Position numbers and translations under genes: made by a program
DNA from: Nemertoderma westbladi
Taxonomy: Eukaryota > Animalia > Xenacoelomorpha
Length of the DNA: 48,729 bases
Reading direction: 5' to 3'
NCBI GenBank assembly: GCA_032718475.1
Contig: JAUCBJ010005728.1
Location: 1 to 48,729, forward strand
In this document: positions 12,412 through 23,922 of the stretch, one piece after another
Layout of the letters: every line of letters starts with the position of its first letter
Position numbering within the stretch: position 1 is the stretch's first letter
Notes under the pieces: generated by a model
What the model was told of the DNA's origin: nothing
Database searches by the model: none
Seen by the model: the letters and a program-made list of their open reading frames with translations, nothing else

Positions 12412-13889
12412 CCCTATTAGTACCGGGCTATAAAATGTTGTACAAATACCGGGGGGGGGGTCATATTGACCCCCCCCCTCTAAAATCTACAAATATTTAC
12501 GAAAACGTCTGATTTTTTGTTTGTAAGTAGGTATCACTTGTCTGGATCCGACCGAAAAAAAAAATTTTCGAAAAAATGTACTGGGATGGTTAAATTGCAG
12601 CACCAAAATTACAAGTAGTGCACAATTTTCACCAAATTTGAAAGTTACATTTTCGGCTAATTATTTTTCAATACAGGTTTTCTGGGGTGCAAAATACATT
12701 GGAAAATATTAAAAAATGATATGATTACTATAAATGGCTGTTTAGTCCTCTCTGTGTAGGAAAAAAATGAAAAAAACAAGTAACCAGCACTTTTCAGTTA
12801 GAACACAAAATTTTTAATTCACTTATACGATGCTATAAATTCACATTTTCAGGTTTTCGAGGGCGCTGATTCTAATGGAATACATTTCTAATTTGCCAGA
12901 TCATTGCTACTTGTATTTTTCGGCGTAATTTGGCAAATTTTGGTGCTAGCACCAAATTTCGTACCCATCACCAAAAAGTACAAGTTTGCGATGTTCAGTG
13001 CTGTTTTTATTGATTCCATCGGATTCAGGACCCTCATAAACCCGTATAACGCAAGAAACAAGGTGATACTATCTACTTATCAATTTGCATATTTTCCAAA
13101 ATTTGGTGCTGGCACAACAATTTTCACCCACCGGCGAAAAATACAAGTTTGAGAACTCTTATGAAATTTTTACTGATTCCATTGAATTCAGAACCATCAC
13201 AAACCCGTATAACGCAAGAAACAAGGTGACACAATCAATTGATATATTTGATGGTTTTCAAAATTTGGTGCTAGCACCACATTTTGCACCCACATCCGAA
13301 AAATACAAGTTTGAGATGTCTAGTTCGATAATTATATTTTCCATTGAATTCAGAAAAGCCATAAACCTCTAAAACGCAAGAAATAAATTGTCACAAGCAA
13401 TTTTATCTATTGAATGGATTTTCAAAATTTCGTGCTAGCACCAAAATTTGCACACAGCACCGAAAAATACAAGTTTGATACGCTTGGTGCAACTGGTATA
13501 TATTTCATCGAATCCAGAACCCCAAAAAACCCCAATTGCGTAAAAAACAAGTTTCAAACAATCAATTTACAAAATTGACTTATTTCAAAATTGGTGCTGG
13601 CACCAAAATTTGGCACCCACCGAAAAAAACAAGTTTGAAATTTCTAAATCAATTTATATGAATTCCATCCAATTTCTAACACCAAAAAACGGTGCTATAA
13701 AAAATGGTGCTATAACTCGAAAAGTACCCAATATTTTTGAAAACGGTTTTCACTATTAGGAAGACAATAGATTTTTAGGAAAAGTCATAAAATTTCAGAT
13801 TCCCAACTATGTTTGTTTCAGAATTATAATAAAAAAACCACGGGGGGGGGGGGGGGGTCATATTGACCCCCCCCCCGGGTTTAATAGGG
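12412..13889. mobile_element. Non-autonomous piggyBac-like element
   Basis: TTAA TSD (12408-12411, 13890-13893), CCCTATTA...TAATAGGG termini, subterminal G(n)TCATATTGAC(n) palindromes at both ends. Excision fuses ...PIVNPI-KGNYKP...NNMMAQE in frame. Confidence 0.88.
12930..13680 (+). repeat. About 163 bp tandem array (about 5 units) inside the piggyBac-like element
   Basis: TGGTGCTAGCACCA-like palindrome recurs at 12941, 13104, 13266, 13430 and 13592, each followed by AAAATACAAGTTTG-like sequence. Confidence 0.85.
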
Positions 13890-13893
13890 TTAA

Positions 13894-16238
13894 TAGGGTT
13901 TACTATAGGGGTTTCTACTTCACTAGCAGTATAGATGCGTGTAGGCTCCACACCTTGTGCATGAAATACTTCAGACCTAACAGGTTGACACATTGTTACA
14001 GGGGGTGGTGGTATACCCATTTGTATATTTACTAATTTATCGCACTCTAAAGCGATACTCTGCTGCACTTCTTGCAACTCTAACCTACTCTCTCTTACTG
14101 TTCCCTTTAACTGCTGAACAGTCCCTTCCAACCCTCGGACCTGCTGGGAAGAACGTAGTTTATATTCCTCCAGCTGCCCGAGCAGGGTCCCCCGCCGTCC
14201 CTCGTCTACCCACTCAACCGCCGAAGCGGGAGCCGCCAACATAGTAGCGTGGTGACGCGTAGGGACGAAGGGCGACAAGTTATTTATGTCTTGCTCGGTG
14301 TCCAGGACCGGGAGTGATTCAGGGGCTATTCTACTGGGCACAGGTAGTTTAGTACTGTGCAAAGGGAATTTAGAGTTAGGTTCTAGAAGTACAGGGGTCT
14401 CTAAAACCGGTGTGGCTTCAATGACAGGCCTAATTATTTCGGGCTCATCTACTATAGTAGGGAGTCTTTCTACTCTAATAATTTGGTCTGTGGGCTCAGG
14501 ATTACTTAAATCTACACTAGCTAGTTGCCTTCTCACAGCCGGAGGCAAATTAGGCAACTTCTGCCGGTGTGGCACTCTTCTACGTCCGCTGGAACGAGAT
14601 TTATTTCCTCTACCTTCAGGATCTGTTGTATCGCCTTCATCAGAGGATATAAATCCCTGTCTCCTGGGTGTAGATCTACTTAGCAACTGCATCTGAGTAG
14701 CTGTCCTTTGTTTCTTCAAATAATCTTGTTTCGCATGAAGGTTCTCCAGCTCTAGTTGGGTAGTCGCTTCAGACGCTTTCAGTTCTGCTTCTGCCACTGC
14801 CGCCTTTCTTTCAGCCTCTGCAGCTAACGCCTTCCTCTCAGATTCTGCCGCTGCTGCTGCCTCTGCAGCTTTTCTTTCAGCCTCTGCAGCTGACACCTTC
14901 CTCTCAGCTTCTGCTGCTGCCGCTGCTGCTGCTGCTTTTCTTTCAGATTCCGCCGCTGCTGCTAACCTTCGGTCTTCAATTTGCTGTTTCTTTAATTGTC
15001 CTTCTTGATCCATTGCTATGAGGATGCTTTCATCAAATTTAGCCTGCTCCGCGGCTAATATTTCTGCATCTAATGAGTCCAACACAAATTTGGCTCCCTC
15101 ACTATTAGGATGAAGTCCAGCTAGCCGTCTCCTTAGCTCTTTGTCACCTATAAATCGTTGATAGTCCGACAGATAGATGTCAATAGCATCCTTCTTCTGA
15201 GGTTTTTCGGATGTAGTTTGAGAAAAGGTAGCGTCTGTTGATTCTCTGTGGGTCGCGCGCTCAGTTAGCTGAACTTTCCATTGCGTCGTTCCCTGGACTT
15301 TAAGACTCAAGTACCAGTTAAATAACTGGGAGCAAATCATGGGATAGGAGTAGCGCCCACCCCTACCCTCGGGTAGCAGTTATCGAAAGAGGAGCCTTCG
15401 GGTCGCCTCCGGCTTCGGCCGACTGTTTGCTCTTGCTTTTTGCTTGTAACGACGTGTCTTGGCTTCTCGTCGAGGCTTCCTCAAAGGCTGAAAGGATTAA
15501 CCTGATCCGTAAGGTTCGTTCTCGCACTTGATAAAGCAGCTCTCCCTGCTCTTGAGGTCCTTGACATTGTTGAAACAGGTGTTCCTCTAATCGCTCCAAA
15601 GAGCTGAAGAATCCCTGGACATATCCTGCTGCCGACCTCTTCCACACAGCTGGATCTCGAGTGTCCCTTACTACTCCCATCCTGTGTAAGTCCTCCCAGG
15701 CAGCTTCCGATAAGTTAAACGGGAGTCCAGGTCCGGGGAAGTTCCATTGCGTCTCTACAATAGACCTCAGTTCCTCCATCGTATATCCCGCATAACTGTC
15801 CCTGGTCGATCGCTTACTTCTCGCCCAATCGATTTGATGTTCTTCCACAGCGATCAATACTCTAGTGAGTACGGCTCCAGGGAGAATTAGAAGTGAATCC
15901 AGATAAACCGCTTCTGCCATCCTTGCTCCGATTTCGGGTGTCAACTCTACAGTGTCTGAACTACTGGAGTTATCGGGCTGTTGAGAAATAAGTTCTCGGT
16001 TCGGGTACTGCTGCTGTTTAACAGCTGCCTCTTGGTCCTGCTTGACTTGAGCCCTAGTGCCTATAATAGACCTATGGTGCTTTACTAGCCTAGGGTCTGA
16101 CACTACTACTGTAGGGATGACCTTTCTTACAGTAGGAGGGGACTTGGACTTCGGTCTCAGAATTTCTATACTCCTATCTGAATCACAGACTGTTCTTTCT
16201 AGGAGACTATCTGACAGTGTTTGCTTTGTGTCAGCCAT
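13894..16238 (-). pseudogene. gag: N-terminal Gag extension of element A (coiled-coil, Ala/Glu-rich), frameshifted near 15350
   Basis: ORFs 15363-16238 and 13775-15340; the latter joins the Gag core in frame after MITE removal; AAAAEAERK repeats. Confidence 0.75.
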
Positions 16239-16377
16239 GATTCATAATGCAGTTGAATGCCTACTACTATAATGACAGTTAAAGTAAGTCTAGTAATTCA
16301 GTATCAACTATAAGCCTAGTAATTAATTACCGATACCGTTACTCAGTGTAACGTGATATATATATATAATATATTAA

Positions 16378-16622
16378 AATACCGGTATACACTTATAGTA
16401 TATATATAAGTATTATTACAGACTAGATTTAATCACAGAATACCGGTATATCATTTCAGCCTAAATTTATATAAATATATATAATAAGCCTACCGTTAGT
16501 ACTGGTATACACCTATAGTATATATAAGTATTATTACAGACTAGGATTAGTCACAGAATAGCGGTATATAATTTCAGCCTAAATTTATATAAATAAATAT
16601 AATAAGCCTACCGTAAATACCG
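16378..16622. repeat. About 120 bp tandem duplication in the leader of element A
   Basis: TACCGGTATACAC...AAGTATTATTACAGACTAG...TCACAGAATA...CAGCCTAAATTTATATAAAT...AAGCCTACCG present twice. Confidence 0.85.
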
Positions 16623-17678
16623 GTAATGTCAATTATTTTATGATAACTGAATTTCTGAATTTTAGGGTTACTTCCCTTTTACTTGTTACCGTAATTAAGC
16701 AGTAGTCCAACTGATATTAAGACCTAATTGATGTATAACAGGCCTACTATTTTATAAATCTGTTTGAGTTGATTTATAATATATATATACCCGTACAAGG
16801 GGTTTAACAATATTTGAAATAAATGTTATTATTTCTGAATAAGGAGTCACTATACAGAAGCTGAACGCTCTCAGTGGAGTGCTACTTGTTGGACACTATT
16901 ACTGATAATTCTACTTTACTAAGTTACTTATCACTACAAATTACTTACAATTACAATGGGTTGAGATCACAATCTCTAAATAAACAATAACAAGTTACAC
17001 GTACAATTTGTTAGGGTAATTTTACAAGAAATCTACAAACCAGCCTAACAAGGAGTTAGAATTTCTGGTTCTTACAAACTGACAGGAAACTACGGTATTT
17101 GAAAACAATAAAGCAGTAGTAAGTAAGTTGCGTTGTGCAGATAAGAAAATACCACCGTCTGACGACTTATAGTCTTAGCTCTATAAGTACTACATCATGT
17201 ACCCAGAGTGTCCTTACCTAGAGGTTAATTACCGAAGCCAACCAAAGCTAACGTGCCTATTAACCACTTTACAACATAAATATACTGCCTACACACTAAA
17301 TTAATTTCGGAAAGTACTGTACTCTAAACCCTAAATTAGGTACAAGTACTTATACAACAAATAACTAGCAGTTAAATATACTTGAACAGCCAAAAGAACC
17401 ACGGTATCTGCTGGAGTGACCGGAGCACAAAATCACCAGTCTTTACCTATGCCAAGTAGCCCTGATGTGGTACCGGGGTTAATTTAACTATAACGGTATG
17501 TATAACAAGCACAATTACTGTAAGAACCAACTTGGGGAATTGAAGGTTGCGAATACTCGCATAGACTCTGAATAATAAATATTACGCTACCCGTGCAGAC
17601 TATACAAACAAAATACAGACCAAATGCTGGCAGACTACTGTCAAGTCTAAATAAACTACAGTATAAGCAGACTCCGAA

Positions 17679-19479
17679 ATGGGTCCGAAGTGTCAACAGA
17701 GTTTACGATCTCGTATTGAAAATGATACTAAGAATGCGTTTCCGAAGGTCAAAGTTCGTGACAGTAAGAAATCTTTCAATGAGTCACTCATTCGATGTCT
17801 AGTTCAGTGTCAGGCGAAGTTCAAAGTTACAACTAATGATCTTCTGGGCATTTCGATGGCTCTTGCAAATACTGTTTTTGGTCAAGAATGGGGAATGTCT
17901 CCAGATGTTGAGGATAATGAGTCAGATAGTAGTGAAGATTACGATTATGATGAATGTGATAACATTGGGAAGCGCCATCGAAAGTGTGTAGATTATTCCT
18001 ACATTTTGCCTAGCCGAAGGTCAATTTTAAACTATCTTGAAGATGCTTCATATCTAAACTTAGAAGTGGTTGCACGTCATTTGCTTGGAAAACAAGATGA
18101 TGATGCTGTCACAATAGGAATTGATGATACAACAAAGGCTGCAGGTCACAAGGTGTTCAATATTAAAACAGATTATATTACGATTGCTGGACCCTCAACT
18201 AATCGAGAAACATATACCACTGGTTATATCGAGAATCTCTCTCATTCAGGGGAAGATGCTGCTAAAGCATACGAATTCAAACTGACATGCCTTGCCCTAT
18301 TGACAGATAGTTCTGTTGAAGAAATTATGGAGCATGTCGACTTTTGGATGAGTGATCGTGGCAGTGATTGTAAAACAATGCTGGAAACGTTGGGTGTAGA
18401 GAAAGAAAAAACTTTGAAATGTTGTGCTCACGTTTACCCTTGTTTTAATTGCAATAGCAAAACTGTTGTCACCAAGTCATTCAGCACATTCTGTTTCTTT
18501 ATACAATGACTTTGTGCACTGGTTGGAAGTAAATGAACTAGAACATGCTGGTTTCAAGGGCTTTGTTTCAAATCGATTTGGTCGCATTGCTGAACTAGCG
18601 AAATTATATCTGAGACATCAGCATGATATACAGACTTTCTTTGATACAGTTGTCGATTATAATTCTAACAAGCTAGTTTTAGCAGTATCCACTTTTCTAA
18701 AAAACGACTGGTTTCAATGTGCTGTCGAAGTTTACTCATTAATCGGTGAGATAGTGATATTTCCTATTATGACATTCCTGGGAATTGACAAAAAATCTCA
18801 GTCTAGTAATTGGTCTGCTTCAAAGGTGTTTTTCAAAGATATGATAGCTAAACTCACAACTCTGAGAGAACGATTTGGGAGTAAGATAACTGGAAAGGCG
18901 CAATTAATAGGATCAGTGCTTGAGGAAGTGAACGATGCCTTTAATCGACAACTTAATCAGGTAGACTACTTTTTTAACGATGAGACAACTATGGATACTG
19001 AAAAATTGAGTCGTGCACCTTTGACTAACTTGGGTTGTGAATCGCGTTTTGCAACTCTGGACAATCAGCTGAAAGTTTCTGGAGGGATGACTACAGTAAA
19101 AACTCACTCCCGTAAATCAATTGTCGCAACAAACAAGTTCCTAGAGAAAGATGAGTTTATTCAACTTAGCGAGGTTGAAAAACGAAAAAAATGGAAATGG
19201 GCTAGAAGCAGCGAAGCAGTGAAAAAAACAAAAAAAGTAGAAACGGAATTCCTGATGAAAGTTAAAATGAGTAAGGCATTGGCACTAAAAAAGAAAGGAG
19301 AACTCAAGCAACAGAAGATGAAACGACTGCAGCTGGTTTTGGAGGATTGTAAAAGACACCAAGGGCCAGTCACTTGCAAACGCATCTCATGCTGCACGAA
19401 GGCCCACAACGTGTTTTGGTTTAATTGTAGGCCATGTGTGTATATGTGCTTTAATAAAATGCATTTTCCTATGCAATAA
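17679..19479 (+). pseudogene. Truncated, frameshifted DDE transposase with a C-x2-H motif (hAT/Mutator/P/Kolobok-type group); superfamily unassigned
   Basis: VTIGIDDTT (D1), WMSDRG (D2), CCAH, helical insertion with SNRFG, PLTNLGCESRF (E). Frameshift near 18430. A possible right end lies near 19752. Confidence 0.6.
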
Positions 19480-20115
19480 ATGTATGAATCGTTTCAACTA
19501 TCGTTATTTCTTCATTGATATCTCTTAAAATCTGCAGAATTTTCTTTATTTTTTTTAAATTTATTTACATTTTAGCGGTCACATCAAAATGCCCCCAGTT
19601 CCGGCATAAAATGATGTCATATGTCAAAAAGTCCCCCAAATTCGAAATCTGCACTTAATTTTGCCTAAGATATACCCCTGCAAATACTTGTATTTAGGAA
19701 ACCCGGCGTTCTAACCCAGTAGTATGACTTATTCTTTCGGGGGGGATTTACCTTACAACACTGGATGCCCCCAACTTCCTAACTAGCACTTTATCGGACA
19801 GACACTCTACACACACTGCAATCGCTTCAGACCTAACAACAGTTAGACAACAATCCGGCCTACAAATTATTTCTACACTCTGAGCAGACTTACACGCCTT
19901 CTGCTCAATATTACACTTACAGATAAATAAAACTGACAGAAATAAATAAGCTCCAAAAGAAATAAGGGGTGTACAGTCCCTACTCTCTTAAACAGCCTAC
20001 CAATATACAATATATCACAATTGAAATAATACTGGATAGTGGGTACCGGTAAGTACCAGTTTGGGTGGTTAGGTAGTTAGGCCTACAGTTTACCGTCCGA
20101 CCGGTACATTAGACT

Positions 20116-20280
20116 TTATTGCCTACGGTGCAATAAAGAAACTAAAACTATTAATGTTCTTACCAGAACATTAGACAAAATATATTTATTGCCTACTGTG
20201 CAATAAAGAACAAAATCTATTATTGTTCTTACCAGAACAATAGACAAAATATATTTATTGCCTACTGTGCAATCAAGAGA
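20116..20280. repeat. About 68-70 bp tandem repeat, 2.5 units
   Basis: TTTATTGCCTAC(G/T)GTGCAAT...GTTCTTACCAGAACA repeated. Confidence 0.8.
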
Positions 20281-20659
20281 AAATCTAATATTGTTCGCGC
20301 TTTTAGACCTTTAGCAGTTTAACCTGCCAATTTTAGTTGTCCTCTTGTTTATAAATCGACTTTAGCCTATATCAATTATTTAATGTACTGAAGTTAAATC
20401 AGCCGAAGCCAGTCTGTGCGCGATCATTCACCCACTGTTAAGGGAGACTGGATTCGGGTGCTTTGAAAGTTATTGCTGCGTAGACCTACTGTATTATTCG
20501 ATTGATCGTTACTATATAATCTCTGACAAATATATTTACTTTCGTGGAAATATTAACAGTTCCTTTAGGACATGGCGCTTTAAGTATAAAAACAGAGTTA
20601 TGACAGAGTTTTCGAGCAAAAGTCGGTACCCACTGGTACGGATTTGCCACATTACCTTT

Positions 20660-20759
20660 CGCTAGGGAGGGGGCAAGCCCCCCCCCCCCCCCCCCCCGAT
20701 ACCTGGGGAGCGGCAGATGCCCCCTTGCCCCCCCCCCCCCCCCCCTAGAACTGCCACTG
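20660..20759 (-). mobile_element. Single terminus of a hAT-like MITE (fragment)
   Basis: Minus strand CAGTGGCAGTTCTAG followed by G tracts, resembling the complete MITE at 47955; partner end and TSD not found. Confidence 0.4.
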
Positions 20760-21084
20760 TACATACTGTAAACCCATAATGGATATTGAGTTCCGTTTTG
20801 GAGTTCGACTTGCAGATAACTAAGTTGCTATAACTTTTGAGTGCGTGCATGGATTTTGTTCGAATTACTTGCAAACATTTTCTACTTCCACACTGCTCTT
20901 TCAATACAATTAATAAAAAAGAGAATGGAAGAAATTCCACCAAAAAATACGTAATTCTCCGGGAAAAAAGCAAAATCTTTCTACTTCTTTCCCTTGGGAA
21001 AAAGTACTCCTCTTTTCTCCCGATTTTGGGGTATTTTAGAGCGAAAAAAGTAACAATTTAAGTATAAAATTTATAATGTAAATA

Positions 21085-21277
21085 ATTAAGTTAATATTCA
21101 AAGGTCGAATAATCGAATCGAAAGTTGAATTTTTTTACCTGAGTCGAATCGAAATCGAATCGAAATTGTTCTGAATCGATTATAAATTGTTCTGAATCGA
21201 ATCGAAATCGAATCGAAAAATATATGGGAAATCGAAGACGAAAAATTGCTTTCGATTCGATTCGATGCCAGTCCTTA
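21085..21277 (-). mobile_element. MITE terminus fragment with GAATC/AATCG subterminal repeats
   Basis: Dense GAATCGAAATCG repeats on both strands ending in GATGCCAGTCCTTA. Confidence 0.4.
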
Positions 21278-22137
21278 AACATAATAGCTATATTCCTCTT
21301 GAAAAATTCTAGGACCCTCTACGTATATTGTGTAATTATATTACAGTATAATGCTATTAAAAACTTTATCGCTGTTTATCATCTCTGGCACACTATCAGT
21401 ACTGTTAGTACGGTAAGGGACCAGCTCCAACAGGTCTAGGTCAGTGGCACTTAACAGGCTGATGTCAATCCCTTTACCGCTTGAGGAATTATCTTGAGGA
21501 ATACTGTACTTGGAAACTGCAGTCGATTTAAGACCTCACAAAAACTCTGTATGAAGTCTACATTATAATATGTTATAATAAATGGCGGTAGGTTTTCATT
21601 TCAGATATTTCTAAAAAATCTTAACTTTTGGCCTAAAAATCATCTCGAAAGCTTTAAATCCGACAAAGTTATTAGCATGTCAAATTGGAAACAGCGACGT
21701 CTACAACCATTATTGACAGGTCCCCTAATATTGTCAGTTCGATAAGGCTCCGCCGACTTCATGGCTCGCCCCACAGATTCATTATTGTTTGGTTTTGAAT
21801 GTTGATGTGTTACATGCAGGAGGCCCCGCACACAGTAATTCCTAACTTTATTCCAAACGTTTTGTTTATTTCCTTGCAGATGCCTGGTTTTACATGTGCC
21901 CACAACCGTACAATGATGTCATTGAAAGGCAGTATGGCAGTTCCTGAAATCAATTTCAGCGATAAAGAAGTCATACCAGCCGTTCCTGTCCATGGCTGTG
22001 ACTCATGCAGCAAGGTATTCTTCCAACTAGCCGGGGAAGCAGTGAAAATGCCATTCGTCAAAGTTCTCGGTCACGTCAGTATGGAGGTTTGTATATATAG
22101 TGTATATATTGTATAAAATTTAAATTTATTGATGTAT

Positions 22138-22749
22138 TGTGACGGGATCAAGGGATCCCGACCGGGTTAAATCCTTACGCGTCACACAGGCTGATGGTGG
22201 TTGGTAAAAGGGTTTGAGTTTGGTGTTCAACTGATAATATAATGTATAATATAAGATAGTGATAGCACGATTGAATGACCGGATAATAAATCAGTATATG
22301 GAATAAGGCAGTACTGCAGTGACGGTAGAACTATATTGCCGGCCTGCACTGAAACTGACCACTACTGAGTAAACTGAGTCACGGGCCGGTAACAAATAGA
22401 TAATATATATAACACACCGATATTACTCTACCGCTACATTACTGTGGCCATTCACCCAGCGGATGCCCTCCTTCGCCCCTATTGGCCAATAACCTACTTC
22501 ACGCCTCTCACTCTCTCTGGGAGTGTTTCCCCCCCCCCCCCCCCTGTTGGCCCCTGCTGGTTGTTTCCCCTTTCGAGGTGGATTGACCTCTAACCTCCCT
22601 TTGTGTGGCTTTGGGGTTTGTGTTCTCCCCGGCGTTGGCTGTGATACGAGATTGGTTATTGCCAATCTCGTATCTCCAACATATTGCTGAAAAAGGTGCC
22701 ACTTCCCAACTTTGTGAGGGTAGTGCGGCGGAATTGAATCCGCATCACA
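22138..22749 (-). repeat. 3' LTR of element B
   Basis: Direct repeat of 45864-46460; preceded on the minus strand by the polypurine tract. Confidence 0.95.
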
Positions 22750-23319
22750 CTCCCCCCCATGCTATCTTCCCGGTGAGAAGATAGCATCACCTACAAGTGC
22801 GCTTCAATTCCGCTGGAACCCGATCTACTATCGGGTGTGGGGTGGAGTTCTTTTCTTGGAGTCGGCTTTCCAGGCCGCTCCCTCTGGGTATGATATTACT
22901 ACCCCTTCTTGGTGCAACCGCAACCTATGTTGCACCAAGACATCTGACGTCTCTGTTTGAGACAATTGTGGAATCCTCACACAATTTTAAAAGCTCTCTC
23001 ACTCTGAACTCTAACTTCTCACTCTAACTCCACTCCAACTCCACTCTGCTCGCCGCCCCACATTCGAATTGCACTCCTCTCACTCTCTCTCATCCTGTCA
23101 ACACCTCCTCTCCATACTTCCCTGTGCTCCTCTCATACTCCCAAAGTGTCAACTTTCTTATGCTACCCCTCTCTGTGCTATCATTCTACCTACCTTGCTA
23201 CTTACTTCTTACTTACTACTTACTATGCTAACTCTCTTGCTACTTACTTCTTACTTACTACTTATTGACTCTACCTACTAACTCTCTAACCCTACTAACG
23301 GTACTACTGTACCCTCTTA

Positions 23320-23450
23320 CTCTCTTTCTACGTGGCCCTTTCGGTGCCCACAACCCCTCTACTCTCTTTCTATGTGGCGCTTTCGGTGCCCACAACCTCT
23401 CTACTACTACTTTCTACGTGGCGCTTCCGGTGCCCACAACCCCTCTGCTA
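23320..23450. repeat. About 42-45 bp tandem repeat (3 units) in the purine-skewed 3' region of element B
   Basis: TTTCTA(C/T)GTGGC..TT.CGGTGCCCACAACC.CTCT three times, within a C/T-rich plus-strand tract at 23000-23740. Confidence 0.8.
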
Positions 23451-23922
23451 CTACTCGTGGTATCGTCAATATACCATACTCCCTTACTGCCTACTTCTAA
23501 CGCTAACGGTACTACGTACCCCTCTACTCCCGTGGTATATTTATATACCACACTCCCTATTCTGCCTACTTCTTACTCTCCTCTTACTTTCTCTTACTAA
23601 CTTCTATCAACTTTCTAACTACTTACTAACTTTCTAACTTTCTACATACTATCTAACTTCTACTAGCTATTACTTTCTACTTACTATCTAACTTTTACTA
23701 ACTACTACTTCTTACTAACTTCTACTTATTTTATTATTTTATTTTATTTATATTTCTTATTTGTGTGGGAAGGGCGTCTCGCCCTCTTTCCCACCCCCTT
23801 CAGTCCAACACATTGGATGACTAAACTCTAAGGGATTCCTTGATCTTCCATCGATCCTTCCAGGAGGCACTTTCCCACTGCCCCCCTGTAGGTCCTCTTA
23901 ATCCTTCGTCCCACTCTCCTCG

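Larger units (their letters stand above)
1..17675 (-). mobile_element. BEL/Pao LTR retrotransposon A, decayed, with nested insertions; 5' boundary approximate
   Basis: Minus-strand order Gag (three Cys-His motifs) - protease (LLDSGS) - RT (YMDD) - RNase H - integrase - extra ORF - PPT - LTR. BEL/Pao-type motifs DPLGFISP, PRAEL, WTD, WRHCPGTINPADITSRG. Confidence 0.93.

Noticed and set aside
12930-13680. CRISPR-like regularly spaced palindromes
   Set aside because: Intervening sequences are homologous to each other, the context is eukaryotic, and no cas genes are present.
17486-17497. TAACTATAACGG resembling the LSU rRNA / I-CeuI site
   Set aside because: Short match only, no flanking rRNA similarity.
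21640-22080. Coding-looking minus-strand fragment (possible transposase C-terminus)
   Set aside because: Multiple stops and no motif I can assign with confidence.
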